From: an uncultured Candidatus Saccharibacteria bacterium
GTDB lineage: Bacteria; Patescibacteriota; CALEFQ01
Length of the DNA stretch: 64,000 bases
Assembly (NCBI GenBank): GCA_965230955.1
Contig: OZ246404.1
Span: 417,184 to 481,183 of the forward strand
Reading direction: 5' to 3'
A program made the translations under genes and the position numbers. This document shows positions 38,879-48,215 of the stretch, piece by piece (the first letter of the stretch is position 1; each line of letters begins with the position of its first letter). A model generated the notes under the pieces. The model made no database searches. It worked only from the letters and a program-made list of their open reading frames with translations, and was not told where the DNA came from.

Positions 38879-40516
38879 ATGTCCCTGGCTTTATATCGAA
38901 AATATCGTCCGAAAACTTTTGCCGAAGTGGTTTCGCAGGATCACGTCAAAACGACCCTGCTCAACTCCATCTCGATCAACAAAATCGGACACGCCTATAT
39001 TTTAGTCGGCGCGCGCGGTATCGGGAAAACCACCCTGGCGCGTCTTTTTGCTAAGGCGATAAATTGCTTGGATAAGTCCGATTCCGAACCATGCAATCGA
39101 TGCGAGGCTTGTTTGGCGATCGATGGCAATAAAGCGATGGATTTGCTGGAAGTTGACGCGGCCTCTAATCGCGGGATTGAGGAAATTCGGGCTTTGCGGG
39201 AAAAGGTGAAATTTACTCCGGCTAAACTGAAATACAAGGTGTTCATCATCGACGAAGTCCACATGTTGACCAACGAGGCGTTCAACGCTTTGTTGAAAAC
39301 CTTGGAAGAGCCGCCGGAACACGCGATTTTTTTACTGGCCACCACTGAAGTGCATAAAGTTCCGGCCACGATTCTCTCTCGCTGTCAGCGTTTTGATTTA
39401 AAGAAGCTGACGATCCCGGAGCTGATCGGCTATCTGAAAAGGATCGCCAAAAGCGAGGGGATTGAAGCTTCTCAAGAAGCGCTGGAATTAATTTCCGGCC
39501 AGGCCGACGGTTGCGCCCGTGACGCCGTCAGTTTGTTTACCCAGGTCAACGCTTTTTCTAAAGGAAAAATCGACCAGAAATTAGTCAAAGAAGTTTTGGG
39601 AGTGGTTGACCAGGCCGCGATCGCGGAGTTTATCGATCATTTGATTGCTCGGTCTCCGGCGCGATGCGTGGATCAGCTGCAAAAAATACTGGAGAACGGC
39701 TATGATCTCGAGCAATTCACCAAAAACCTGATTGAGTATCTACGCAAGATGATGGTGGTTAAAATTGGTGCGGACGCTCGTGATATCGTTTTAGCCAATC
39801 TTTCTTCGGAGCAATTGGGCAAATTGCAGGCCCAGGCCGGACAGTTGTCTCTCGCCCCGATTGTTCATTTTATCAAAGCATTCTTGGATGCCCAGCAGCA
39901 TTTGGGTGAATCGATTTATCCCCAGTTGCCTTTGGAATTGGCCTTGATGGAATTGTTTGGCGATTCGACGGAAACAAAAACAGCCGCGCCGGTCAGCGCG
40001 TCTGCGCCTGCCGTTAAGCTGATGCCTAAAATTCAGCCGGTGGAGACTGAGCCGGTAGAGAAAGCGGTTGAGCCGAAAAAGCCTTTGGTCGTAGCCGCGC
40101 CGGTTAAGCCGGTAGAGAAGGCGGAACATTTTCGCGGACCGGTCAATTCTGATTTAAAGTTGGATCATTTCAAATCTCGCTGGACGGAGGTAGTCCAGGA
40201 GGTGATCCCGATTAATTCATCCTTGGCGGCTTTTTTACGCATCGCAGTCATAAAAGATTTTGACGGGGAATATCTGACTTTGGCTTTCAAATTCCGCTTT
40301 CACAAGGAACGTATTGCCGATCATAAATATCGGATAATTGTCGAGAAGGTTTTGGCCAAAGTGCATCAGCAAAAGGTCTTGATTAAATGTGTTGTTGATG
40401 ATACGCTAGTGCGCGAATCGGATCCGGTAGCCAAGGAAGAAGTCCGTAATGTCGCCAGCGCGTCTCAAGATGTGACGGAGCTGGCCAAGAGCATTTTTGG
40501 CGGAAAATTAGTGTAA
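38879..40516 (+). CDS. dnaX: DNA polymerase III subunit gamma/tau
   Basis: AAA+ Walker A (GARGIGKTTLAR), a zinc-binding Cys cluster (CNRCEAC), an SRC motif and a C-terminal tau-like extension. Confidence 0.9.
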   Translation: MSLALYRKYRPKTFAEVVSQDHVKTTLLNSISINKIGHAYILVGARGIGKTTLARLFAKAINCLDKSDSEPCNRCEACLAIDGNKAMDLLEVDAASNRGIEEIRALREKVKFTPAKLKYKVFIIDEVHMLTNEAFNALLKTLEEPPEHAIFLLATTEVHKVPATILSRCQRFDLKKLTIPELIGYLKRIAKSEGIEASQEALELISGQADGCARDAVSLFTQVNAFSKGKIDQKLVKEVLGVVDQAAIAEFIDHLIARSPARCVDQLQKILENGYDLEQFTKNLIEYLRKMMVVKIGADARDIVLANLSSEQLGKLQAQAGQLSLAPIVHFIKAFLDAQQHLGESIYPQLPLELALMELFGDSTETKTAAPVSASAPAVKLMPKIQPVETEPVEKAVEPKKPLVVAAPVKPVEKAEHFRGPVNSDLKLDHFKSRWTEVVQEVIPINSSLAAFLRIAVIKDFDGEYLTLAFKFRFHKERIADHKYRIIVEKVLAKVHQQKVLIKCVVDDTLVRESDPVAKEEVRNVASASQDVTELAKSIFGGKLV

Positions 40517-40603
40517 AGTAACAAGGAACAGGGAACAAGTAACAAATAGGAAAAATTTTCATTCCCATTTGTTACCTGCTACTTGTTAGCTGTTACTTGT
40601 TTT
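40517..40603. repeat. Intergenic palindrome built from GTAACAAG-type 8-mers (same family as 32713-32790)
   Basis: AGTAACAAGGAACAGGGAACAAGTAACAAATAGG...CCCATTTGTTACCTGCTACTTGTTAGCTGTTACTTG. Confidence 0.65.
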
Positions 40604-40605
40604 AT

Positions 40606-40788
40606 TGGGGAGTAGCCCCTCCTTCGCCCTTCGCCCCGCCATCCGCGGATTCTGCGGGGTGGGCTCAGGGCTTCGGAGGGCAGGCAAGTGGTTCCGGCCA
40701 TTCGGCCGGACAAGAAGGCAGCGGCCGGATCATTCGACCCGGCAAGCCTTTGAAGCCGTCAGAGGGGTTCGGATATGTTTCCTACGGC
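40606..40788 (+). pseudogene. GC-rich scrambled tRNA-Gln-derived segment (tRNA remnant/pseudogene or tRNA-like RNA)
   Basis: It starts with TGGGGAGTAGCC, identical to nt 1-12 of the downstream tRNA-Gln. It also contains GGCAGCGGCC, CATTCGA, GCCTTTGAAGCCG (the anticodon arm) and GGTTCGGAT (a T-loop-like sequence), but interspersed and in non-tRNA order. The segment is far more GC-rich than its surroundings. Confidence 0.4.
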
Positions 40789-40814
40789 TAAAGACAAATG
40801 ACTAACGACTATAT

Positions 40815-40889
40815 TGGGGAGTAGCCAAGTGGTAAGGCAGCGGCCTTTGAAGCCGCCATTCGAAGGTTCGAATCCTTCCTCCCCAGCCA
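40815..40889 (+). tRNA. tRNA-Gln (anticodon UUG), CCA encoded
   Basis: The cloverleaf folds by hand: acceptor TGGGGAG/CTCCCCA, D-arm GCC-AAGTGGTAA-GGC, anticodon arm GCGGC-CTTTGAA-GCCGC, T-arm GAAGG-TTCGAAT-CCTTC, discriminator G, then CCA. Confidence 0.85.
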
Positions 40890-41027
40890 AAAAATAACTC
40901 CGACGAAGTCGGGGATATTTTTTTATGTATAGGGCGAATCGGCGTGGTTTTTGACTTTTGGTTTGAAAAGAGAGAAGATAAGTAAGGTTCAGCGGTCGTT
41001 GCGCCGGAAAATATATTATAAATTTTT

Positions 41028-41723
41028 ATGCCACAGCAAGTTGCTTGGGAAAAAGAGTATCGGCATCCGCAATTGATAACCGGAGATGATAAGCCGCAAA
41101 AAGATGTGTTGCGGTTTTTAAAATATCTGAAAAAAGATACGGGAAGCGAGTTGGAAAATCAGCGTATTTTGGATCTGGGATCGGGTACCGGGCGGAATGC
41201 CAATTATTTGGCCGAACTGGGCAATCTGGTTACCGGTTTTGAGATTTCTGCTACGGCGATAAAATTAGCGTCCGATCGGGCCAAGAGTCTGGGCGTGAGT
41301 GTTGATTATCGCCTGCATGACATCGGATCCACTTATCCCTTAGAGAGCCAAATGTTTGATTTGGTGCTGGATGTAATTTCCTCTAACTCGCTGAATATGC
41401 CGGAGAGAAAGATATATTTGTCGGAAGTCAATAGAGTCTTGAAGAGCGGCGGCCATTTTTTTGTGAAAGCTTTGTGCAAGGACGGTGATCAAAACGCCAA
41501 GGCCTTACTCAAGAAAAATCCCGGTTCGGAGCCTGATACGTATGTTAATGCCGAGATGAATCTGGCGGAAAGAGTTTTTTCCCGGCAGGATTTTATTGAT
41601 TTGTATTCCAAATACTTCACGATTGTGGAATTGACGAAAAAAACCAACTACACCAGATTCAAGGGGCAAAGCTATAAAAGAAATTTTTGGTTAGCCTATT
41701 TGAAGAAACCGGCCGGGATTTAG
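41028..41723 (+). CDS. Class I SAM-dependent methyltransferase
   Basis: Motif I ILDLGSGTGRN and the post-I acidic residue (GFEIS). Confidence 0.7.
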   Translation: MPQQVAWEKEYRHPQLITGDDKPQKDVLRFLKYLKKDTGSELENQRILDLGSGTGRNANYLAELGNLVTGFEISATAIKLASDRAKSLGVSVDYRLHDIGSTYPLESQMFDLVLDVISSNSLNMPERKIYLSEVNRVLKSGGHFFVKALCKDGDQNAKALLKKNPGSEPDTYVNAEMNLAERVFSRQDFIDLYSKYFTIVELTKKTNYTRFKGQSYKRNFWLAYLKKPAGI

Positions 41724-41841
41724 TAGATACTGTGTAAAAATTACCTTCTCGGGCGAGCTATGCCGTTTTTGACGCTGTGGTATAGAATGTCGTATAATAA
41801 ACAAGCCGACTATCGTTTTATTCTAGAAATATTGAAATTTT

Positions 41842-42975
41842 ATGCCAGAACAATTCAGAGAACAGCCGGAAGAAGCAAGGTCTGAAATAAGAGAAAAAAA
41901 CGTTGGTAAAATCGTGGATGATTTTTTATTGCTTCGGCCCGGAGAAAAGGTTTTGTTTTTGACTGATACCGACCCTGCTAATACCGATCGAGCTCTGTTG
42001 GAAATTATCAAGAAAGATTTGTCCGGCAAGCAAATAGAGTTTTCCGAATTGGTAGCGGATGATCAGACCAGTCAAGAAGATCTTTTATCGGCGGTGGGTA
42101 AATGTGATTTGGTCTGGGATTCCTGGGCCATGGAAGATACAGCGGAAGACATTGATTTCGAGGAACTGGCCGATTATTTGAAGGAAACCGATAAGCGCAT
42201 GGCCTGGTGTCCGGGATTGAAAGCCGACTCGCTTGATGATGGCGGAGCTCTGACGGAAGACAAAGAAATGATGGAAACCAGATTAAACCGAATGGGTGAA
42301 CATCTTCGGGATGCGGTTGGTTTCCATATTACCACCAGCTACGGTACCGATTTGAGAGTAAAACTTCGAAGTGATTCAGAGCGCCGATGGGTGCCTGACT
42401 CCGGGGTTATTAATAAGGGATTATGGGACAATCTGCCCGGCGGAGAGATTTTTACGACACCGGATGAGGAAAAGGTTGATGGCGTATTGGTTTTGCCTGT
42501 TTTGCAGGATGAAGTGGCGCCCGACCAAGGGGTGGATGAGTTTGTGCATCTGACTATCAGGCAGGGGAAAATAGCTAAAATAGACGGAGGCCTTTCGGCC
42601 GAAAAATTGCGCAAGTATCTGGAGGAGAATTCAGAAGAGGAAGACGATCCGGAAAGTGTTATCCAGTGTTCGGAGATTGCTTTTGGCGCAAACTCAAAAG
42701 CGCGCACGATTGTTTCTAATCCCGAAGGCGCTTGGAATGATATCGGGCATCCGACCGTTGAAACCGAAAAACGTCTAGGGACAATGCATATAGCTTTCGG
42801 CAGTTCCAAACACGGGGACGTCGGAAGCGAAGGGCACACCTCGTCTGATGTTCATATTGATTTTGTGCTCCCGCGCCATGGCTTAACCGTGGAAAAATTT
42901 ACCAATCAAGAAGATTTCTCTGGTCTAGAAAATGGAGTCAAGCTGATTGATCAAGGCGGCTGGAATTTCCAATAA
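41842..42975 (+). CDS. M29-family aminopeptidase (AmpS/aminopeptidase T-like)
   Basis: The NLPGGEIFTTPDE motif matches the M29 NxPxGEVFTAP block; the roughly 377-aa length also fits. Confidence 0.55.
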   Translation: MPEQFREQPEEARSEIREKNVGKIVDDFLLLRPGEKVLFLTDTDPANTDRALLEIIKKDLSGKQIEFSELVADDQTSQEDLLSAVGKCDLVWDSWAMEDTAEDIDFEELADYLKETDKRMAWCPGLKADSLDDGGALTEDKEMMETRLNRMGEHLRDAVGFHITTSYGTDLRVKLRSDSERRWVPDSGVINKGLWDNLPGGEIFTTPDEEKVDGVLVLPVLQDEVAPDQGVDEFVHLTIRQGKIAKIDGGLSAEKLRKYLEENSEEEDDPESVIQCSEIAFGANSKARTIVSNPEGAWNDIGHPTVETEKRLGTMHIAFGSSKHGDVGSEGHTSSDVHIDFVLPRHGLTVEKFTNQEDFSGLENGVKLIDQGGWNFQ

Positions 42976-43068
42976 ATATATTTCGAGCTGTTGATGTAAC
43001 CGGCCGTCTGAGGAACTCGATTGAGACTTGGTTTTATTAAATACGCCAATAAGTCATATATCAAAAAA

Positions 43069-44766
43069 ATGAGCAAAAACAAAATTTCCGTAATTTTCAT
43101 GGCGGCAACAGCTTTTGGGCTGTTTTTTTGCCTGGGAATCGGTTTGGTCCGGGCGGAGGAAAGTCGGAAAGTCATTACCTGTCTCGGGGACAGCGTAACT
43201 CACGGATATCCATATGCCGATTCGCTCGATACTTACCCGGCAAAATTGCAGACCAGTTTGGATAGTCAATACGGGGTCGATAAATATGAGGTGATTAATC
43301 GCGGTGCGGATGGGTATCGGGCGGATGAAGTCCTGAGCCATCTCCAAAGTGACGGCTGGCTGAGTGCTGATAATCCCGATGCGGTTTTGTTGATGATCGG
43401 CGGTAACGACCTGGCGCAGGGTCAATCGATCAGTTCTACCGTGAGTGAAGTTCAGCAGATAGTTGATTATATCAAGGCACATAAAAATGCCGATGGCTCA
43501 ACTCCCCAAGTCATACTTTCGGCATTTATTCCAAATTTACTGTACGGTACCGGCGGCAGCGCTTACGTCAATCTCTATAACAACACTTTGGCCGCCTCGA
43601 TTTCCAAACTGGATCTCTGGACGACGGATAACTGGACGGATTTTTATAATTCCGGGACTGGGCAGGCGCGGACGGAATTGATGAAAGACGATGCTCACCC
43701 CAATATCGATGGGTATGCGGTAATGGCGGAAAACTGGCTGGCGGCGGTAAATTTAAAAATTACTCCGCCCGGCGGGGGAGATGACGGCGGCGGGACGACC
43801 AATCCGGCCGGTTTGGAGATTAATCCCAAAATAATTGCTTCATCCGGCCCGGGGCAAATATCTAGATTGCAAGTCTATAGCCGTCAGGGCTATCCGGTTA
43901 CGACACAAATCAAAAATTTGTTTCCCGATAACTACCTTGGCGGAGCGGGAGTGGCGGCGATCGATTCCGATCGGGTGGGCGTGAGACAACAATTGGTTGT
44001 TTTTGCCCAGAGCTCGGCTGGTCCCCAAGCGCGGGTGATTGGGATCAATGAAGACGGCGGTACGGTGTTGCGTGGTCAGATGTTTTTGTTTGATAAATCC
44101 ATCCGTGACGGCTTGAGCGTGACGGTTGGGGATTTTGACAATGACGGATTTGACAATGATTTGGCGGCTTGCTTGACCGGTAACCGCGCGCCCATCGTTC
44201 GGGTGTATAAAAACACGAAGGGCATGGATAATTGGCAAAAAATCGGCGAATTCAAAGCTCCGTTTGGCGCGGTCGGGTGTAATGTCGGGACTTTTCAGTA
44301 TGATGACAAAGCGGATGAAATATTGGTGGCGCCAAACCATGGGCCGGCTCTTCCGAAAGTTTATATCTATACCGTGGGAGGGACGAAAAAGTCTGAGTTC
44401 ACCGCTTACGGTGCCGGGGTGACCAATGGCTTGTCCGTTTCGGGGATAAATGATCGCATCTATACCACGCCAAACAGCGGGACTTCCCATGTTATGGTTT
44501 TTGACAGGAACGGTAATCGCAAAAATTTCTGGTGGGCGTATGCTCAGAATGTTAAGGGTAATTTTCTGAATGTGGCTGGCGATATCGATCTGGATAGCAA
44601 AGACGAAATCCTGATCTCTCCGATCGGATCAAATGGTCCGCAAGTAGTGTCTTTTGAGCCTGACGGCCGGACCAGAACTTTTCCTAATTTCTTTGCCTTC
44701 GGCGATAAGACTTTGCGCAATGGGGCAAGTGTGGCGGTTATCGATAATTGGCACGGAAAAAATTAG
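43069..44766 (+). CDS. Secreted SGNH/GDSL hydrolase fused to a FG-GAP/VCBS-like repeat beta-propeller domain
   Basis: Signal peptide, GDS(L) block CLGDSVTHG, a catalytic DxxH (DDAHPN), and C-terminal repeats with D-x-D-x-D-G loops (VGDFDNDGFDNDLA, AGDIDLDSKDEIL). The ATG at 43069 is preferred. Confidence 0.6.
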   Translation: MSKNKISVIFMAATAFGLFFCLGIGLVRAEESRKVITCLGDSVTHGYPYADSLDTYPAKLQTSLDSQYGVDKYEVINRGADGYRADEVLSHLQSDGWLSADNPDAVLLMIGGNDLAQGQSISSTVSEVQQIVDYIKAHKNADGSTPQVILSAFIPNLLYGTGGSAYVNLYNNTLAASISKLDLWTTDNWTDFYNSGTGQARTELMKDDAHPNIDGYAVMAENWLAAVNLKITPPGGGDDGGGTTNPAGLEINPKIIASSGPGQISRLQVYSRQGYPVTTQIKNLFPDNYLGGAGVAAIDSDRVGVRQQLVVFAQSSAGPQARVIGINEDGGTVLRGQMFLFDKSIRDGLSVTVGDFDNDGFDNDLAACLTGNRAPIVRVYKNTKGMDNWQKIGEFKAPFGAVGCNVGTFQYDDKADEILVAPNHGPALPKVYIYTVGGTKKSEFTAYGAGVTNGLSVSGINDRIYTTPNSGTSHVMVFDRNGNRKNFWWAYAQNVKGNFLNVAGDIDLDSKDEILISPIGSNGPQVVSFEPDGRTRTFPNFFAFGDKTLRNGASVAVIDNWHGKN

Positions 44767-44908
44767 AATGAATCAGTTGATGATTAATGGCGAAACTGCT
44801 TTGATATCAGGGCAGTTTTCGAATTGCTTAGCTTGACATTGACCTTTCAACTGCTAAAATAACCCGATTGCGGTGAAAAATATTCTAGTCGGGAAAGGAG
44901 GCCTTTTT

Positions 44909-45547
44909 ATGACTAGGAGAAATAAGTTCATTTTAGTTCAAGTACTGACTTATGGTCGACTGCCGTTGATGAATCTCTGGGCGATGATTATTCTTTTTTG
45001 CCTGTGGATTTGGCAGACTTTGCCCGCCGGCTGGTTTTGGGTCACTTTGTGGATCATGATCGCCGCCGCCTTGTCTGATATGTTTGACGGCTTATTGGCG
45101 CGAAGATTTGGCGTGACATCTCGTCTGGGATCATATGGCGATCCGTTTATGGACAAAGTTTATACTTCTTGCACCTTGTCGCTTCTGGTGCTGATGGCGG
45201 CTTTGTCTCAACAGTATGGCCATTCGGTTCTTCTGACACTGCTGACAATTGTTAATTTACAGCGGGACCATCTGACGGCGACCTTGCGATCAATCGGTGC
45301 TCTACACGCAACGGATGCGAGAGCTCACTGGGTGGGGAAATTGCGTTCAGCCTTCAGTTTTCCGATGATCTGCATCGTCTTCAGTTTTCTGGCGGCACCG
45401 TCCTCTTCCTGTTTGTCCGGTTTTCCTGGCTGGTTCGTCTATGCACTGGAGATCATCAATATTGGATTAACGATCTGCTCGGTCGGCGTCTATATGTGGC
45501 AATACTGGCCGACGCTTAAGCGTGAAATCAAGAGCGATGGGGTATGA
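44909..45547 (+). CDS. CDP-alcohol phosphatidyltransferase family protein
   Basis: Signature D-x2-DG-x2-AR-x8-G-x3-D-x3-D (DMFDGLLARRFGVTSRLGSYGDPFMDKV). An AGGAGG RBS precedes the ATG at 44909. Confidence 0.7.
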   Translation: MTRRNKFILVQVLTYGRLPLMNLWAMIILFCLWIWQTLPAGWFWVTLWIMIAAALSDMFDGLLARRFGVTSRLGSYGDPFMDKVYTSCTLSLLVLMAALSQQYGHSVLLTLLTIVNLQRDHLTATLRSIGALHATDARAHWVGKLRSAFSFPMICIVFSFLAAPSSSCLSGFPGWFVYALEIINIGLTICSVGVYMWQYWPTLKREIKSDGV

Positions 45548-45647
45548 AAAAAATGGTGTTGGAACTTCTAGTTCCGACACCTTTTATTTTTCGGTAAATA
45601 TGCTATGATACCCAGGTATAGTTTTAATAAAAATAAAAAACAAACCT

Positions 45648-46028
45648 ATGAATTTCGTCATTTGGGAACTGGGAATTGTCGTCGCCCTTGGCGTTCTTCT
45701 CTTGTCCATTATCATCGGCGCCTTTTTTGTCTGGCTCGGCGCCAAGATGGCCCATGTGGAAAAGGGAACCTTTGGCCGATCTATTATGGCTGCGATTGCC
45801 GCTTCATTGGCCAGTAGTTTGGTCGCCTGGCTTTTTTCTTTCATCACCGGACCGTTCTGGTCTATTATTGGCGCAGTTGTTGGTTTGGTTGTAGTGATTT
45901 GGGTCTTTAAGCTGATTTTCGAAACGACTTGGGGCAAAGCTTTCTTGATTTGGTTCATGCAATTGATTGCCATCTTTATCGTGATTTTGATCGCCGGGCT
46001 TACTTTTGCGACGGCATTATTGGTTTAG
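45648..46028 (+). CDS. Hypothetical small membrane protein
   Basis: Three to four TM helices and no motifs. Confidence 0.35.
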   Translation: MNFVIWELGIVVALGVLLLSIIIGAFFVWLGAKMAHVEKGTFGRSIMAAIAASLASSLVAWLFSFITGPFWSIIGAVVGLVVVIWVFKLIFETTWGKAFLIWFMQLIAIFIVILIAGLTFATALLV

Positions 46029-46175
46029 CGATATTTGTGAAAATTGAAGTTTGACGGTCAAAACCCCTCGACTGGACTAAATCGGGGGGTTTTGTGTTAT
46101 AATGAATATCAGAGGTACCTTAGATTGCAGAATAACTAAAAATTTTCCGTTTTTGCGGAAAATAAAAAGAATCAT

Positions 46176-46391
46176 ATGAACGTTGTTACCAGTTCTTTTA
46201 CCCAATTGCTTCCTTTCGTGGCGGCGGCGGGAATTATCGCGGTAGTGGTTTTTTTCATTGCCCTGGTGATGGGGAAAAAGGCTCTAAAAGGCGGCGATGC
46301 CCAGGCAATCAAAAAGCATAAAACTTGGGTGATTTTGGCGGTAATATTAGTCATTGTGCATATTGTGCTAGTGGCTATGTGGTGGTTTTAG
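46176..46391 (+). CDS. Hypothetical small membrane protein (71 aa, two TM helices)
   Basis: Only the ORF and its hydrophobicity support this. Confidence 0.3.
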   Translation: MNVVTSSFTQLLPFVAAAGIIAVVVFFIALVMGKKALKGGDAQAIKKHKTWVILAVILVIVHIVLVAMWWF

Positions 46392-46394
46392 TTT

Positions 46395-47258
46395 ATGCCT
46401 GAACTGCCTGAAGTTGAGACAATTAGGCGCGATTTGAATAGCCGGATCAGCCATAAAACGATCCGACAAATAGAGGTGCGCAAGCTGAAAATGATTCGCG
46501 GGTCGGCCCGAGATTTTCGGCGCCGGTTGCTGGGGCACAGTTTCAGTCGAGTTGACCGCCGAGCTAAGTTATTGATTTTTGAGGTGGCCGGGCAGCAGTG
46601 TTTCTTGTTAATTCACCTGAAAATGACCGGTCAGCTTATTTATGAATCTCGCCGCGATGTCGTTGCTGGCGGGCATAGTTGGCCGCCGATCGATCGGCGG
46701 TTACCATCAAAGTATTCCCACGTTATTTTCACATTTAGCGACGGTTCTCGTTTGTTTTTCAATGATTTGCGGCAATTCGGGTATTTACAGCTGGTTGATA
46801 AAAACGCCAAAGATAAAATTGTCGCCAACTATGGTCTGGAGCCGTTGACGAGCGAGTTTACTTGGCCCAAGTTTCATTCTGTTTTTCGGGGCAAGCAGAC
46901 TGTTCTGAAGACCGTTTTGCTCAATCAGGCCCTGATAGCCGGCATAGGCAACATCTACGCGGATGAAATTTGCCATGCCGCCTCGGTGCGGCCGACCAGA
47001 AAAGTTTCCACTCTGACAATCTCGGAGCTGAAACGGATTTTTTCAGCCAGTCAACGAATTTTACGCCGAGCGGTGGCGAAGCGAGGCACAACTTTCAGTG
47101 ATTATGTCGATGCGGATGGTCGAACCGGGAATTACCTGCAATATCTAAAAGTATACAATCGCGAAGGGGAGAAATGCCTGACGTGTAAAAAAAGTATTAT
47201 CAAAAAAATTAAAATTGGCAGCCGCGGAACTCATTATTGCCCGGTCTGTCAGAAATAA
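46395..47258 (+). CDS. mutM: Formamidopyrimidine-DNA glycosylase
   Basis: N-terminal MPELPEVE (catalytic Pro2/Glu3), an H2TH region and a C-terminal zinc finger CxxC...CPVCQ. Confidence 0.9.
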   Translation: MPELPEVETIRRDLNSRISHKTIRQIEVRKLKMIRGSARDFRRRLLGHSFSRVDRRAKLLIFEVAGQQCFLLIHLKMTGQLIYESRRDVVAGGHSWPPIDRRLPSKYSHVIFTFSDGSRLFFNDLRQFGYLQLVDKNAKDKIVANYGLEPLTSEFTWPKFHSVFRGKQTVLKTVLLNQALIAGIGNIYADEICHAASVRPTRKVSTLTISELKRIFSASQRILRRAVAKRGTTFSDYVDADGRTGNYLQYLKVYNREGEKCLTCKKSIIKKIKIGSRGTHYCPVCQK

Positions 47259-47263
47259 AAAAC

Positions 47264-47638
47264 ATGACAAAATTGAACGAGGTTTACAAATGTTCGGTTT
47301 GCGGCAACATTGTCGAGGTTGTGCATACCGGAGTTGGCCAATTGGTTTGCTGCGGCCAGCCTATGGATCGACAGGATCCCAATACGGTTGACGCCGCCCA
47401 GGAAAAACATGTTCCCGTGATCGAGCGGACATCCAGTGGTGTGAAAATCAAAATCGGTTCGGTGCCGCACCCGATGACCGCGGAGCACTTTATCGAATGG
47501 ATTGAGATTATGGCCGACGGAAAAGTTGATCGCAAATATTTAAAGCCCGGGGATAAACCCGAAGCCGACTTCAATTTAACCGCCGATAAGGTCACGGCGC
47601 GGGCTTACTGCAATTTGCATGGGTTATGGCAATCCTAG
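47264..47638 (+). CDS. dfx: Superoxide reductase (desulfoferrodoxin, 2Fe-SOR)
   Basis: N-terminal desulforedoxin Cys motif (CSVCGN...CC) and the neelaredoxin centre II motif EKHVP with downstream His/Cys ligands. Confidence 0.8.
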   Translation: MTKLNEVYKCSVCGNIVEVVHTGVGQLVCCGQPMDRQDPNTVDAAQEKHVPVIERTSSGVKIKIGSVPHPMTAEHFIEWIEIMADGKVDRKYLKPGDKPEADFNLTADKVTARAYCNLHGLWQS

Positions 47639-47708
47639 TTTTTTGACCGGCCAGGGGCAAAGTGCTATGCTGAAAATACCTTATTTGCAAATCCTCCGGA
47701 GAAGTCAT

Positions 47709-47918
47709 ATGAAAGCAACATGGGTAACCAAAAAAGAATTTAATCAAGCGGTTAAGGGCATCGAGTGTCGTTTTAGTCAACTCGACCAAAAAATCGATGA
47801 CCGCCAATCCGAGCTGGTGGCGATGATCAAAACGGGTTTTGACGATTTGAGTTCACAATTCAGAAGCCATTCCAGGATTTTAAGCGATCATGAAAAACGG
47901 CTGGCGGTGGTTGAGTAA
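47709..47918 (+). CDS. Hypothetical small coiled-coil protein (69 aa)
   Basis: A GGAG RBS lies 10 nt upstream; there are no motifs. Confidence 0.3.
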   Translation: MKATWVTKKEFNQAVKGIECRFSQLDQKIDDRQSELVAMIKTGFDDLSSQFRSHSRILSDHEKRLAVVE

Positions 47919-47966
47919 GTTTTAGCAATTAGTAAAAAATAGATTTATTCGTTAACACAAACCCCT

Positions 47967-48101
47967 ATGGATAAATGCACCAAATGCGGCATGCCGATCG
48001 ACGAGAACACTAAGTGTTCCTGCGAACCCGGCGTGTGCTTTCATTGTTGTTCCTGCAAGCCTGATTGCCAATGTGGTTGCCAGAAAAAAGAACAGAAATA
48101 G
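47967..48101 (+). CDS. Cysteine-rich mini-protein (44 aa, 12 Cys; putative metal-binding)
   Basis: ORF MDKCTKCGMPIDENTKCSCEPGVCFHCCSCKPDCQCGCQKKEQK lies below the ORF-track cutoff and is followed by an intrinsic terminator at 48113-48153. Confidence 0.4.
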   Translation: MDKCTKCGMPIDENTKCSCEPGVCFHCCSCKPDCQCGCQKKEQK

Positions 48102-48215
48102 TCGCTCGCATCAAAAAAACTCGTCCGGCCGAATCGGCGGACGAGTTTTTGATTGGCGGTGGTGCCGTCGGCGAGTCAGGTGCGGCCTTAAGGCCACACC
48201 TGACCGTTCGTGTCA

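Noticed and set aside
40597-40805. Two ORFs (64 and 66 aa) in the GC-rich region upstream of tRNA-Gln
   Set aside because: Open frames are expected by chance in a stretch this GC-rich; the region is better explained as tRNA-derived or structured RNA sequence, and the peptides are Gly/Arg/Pro-rich with no RBS.
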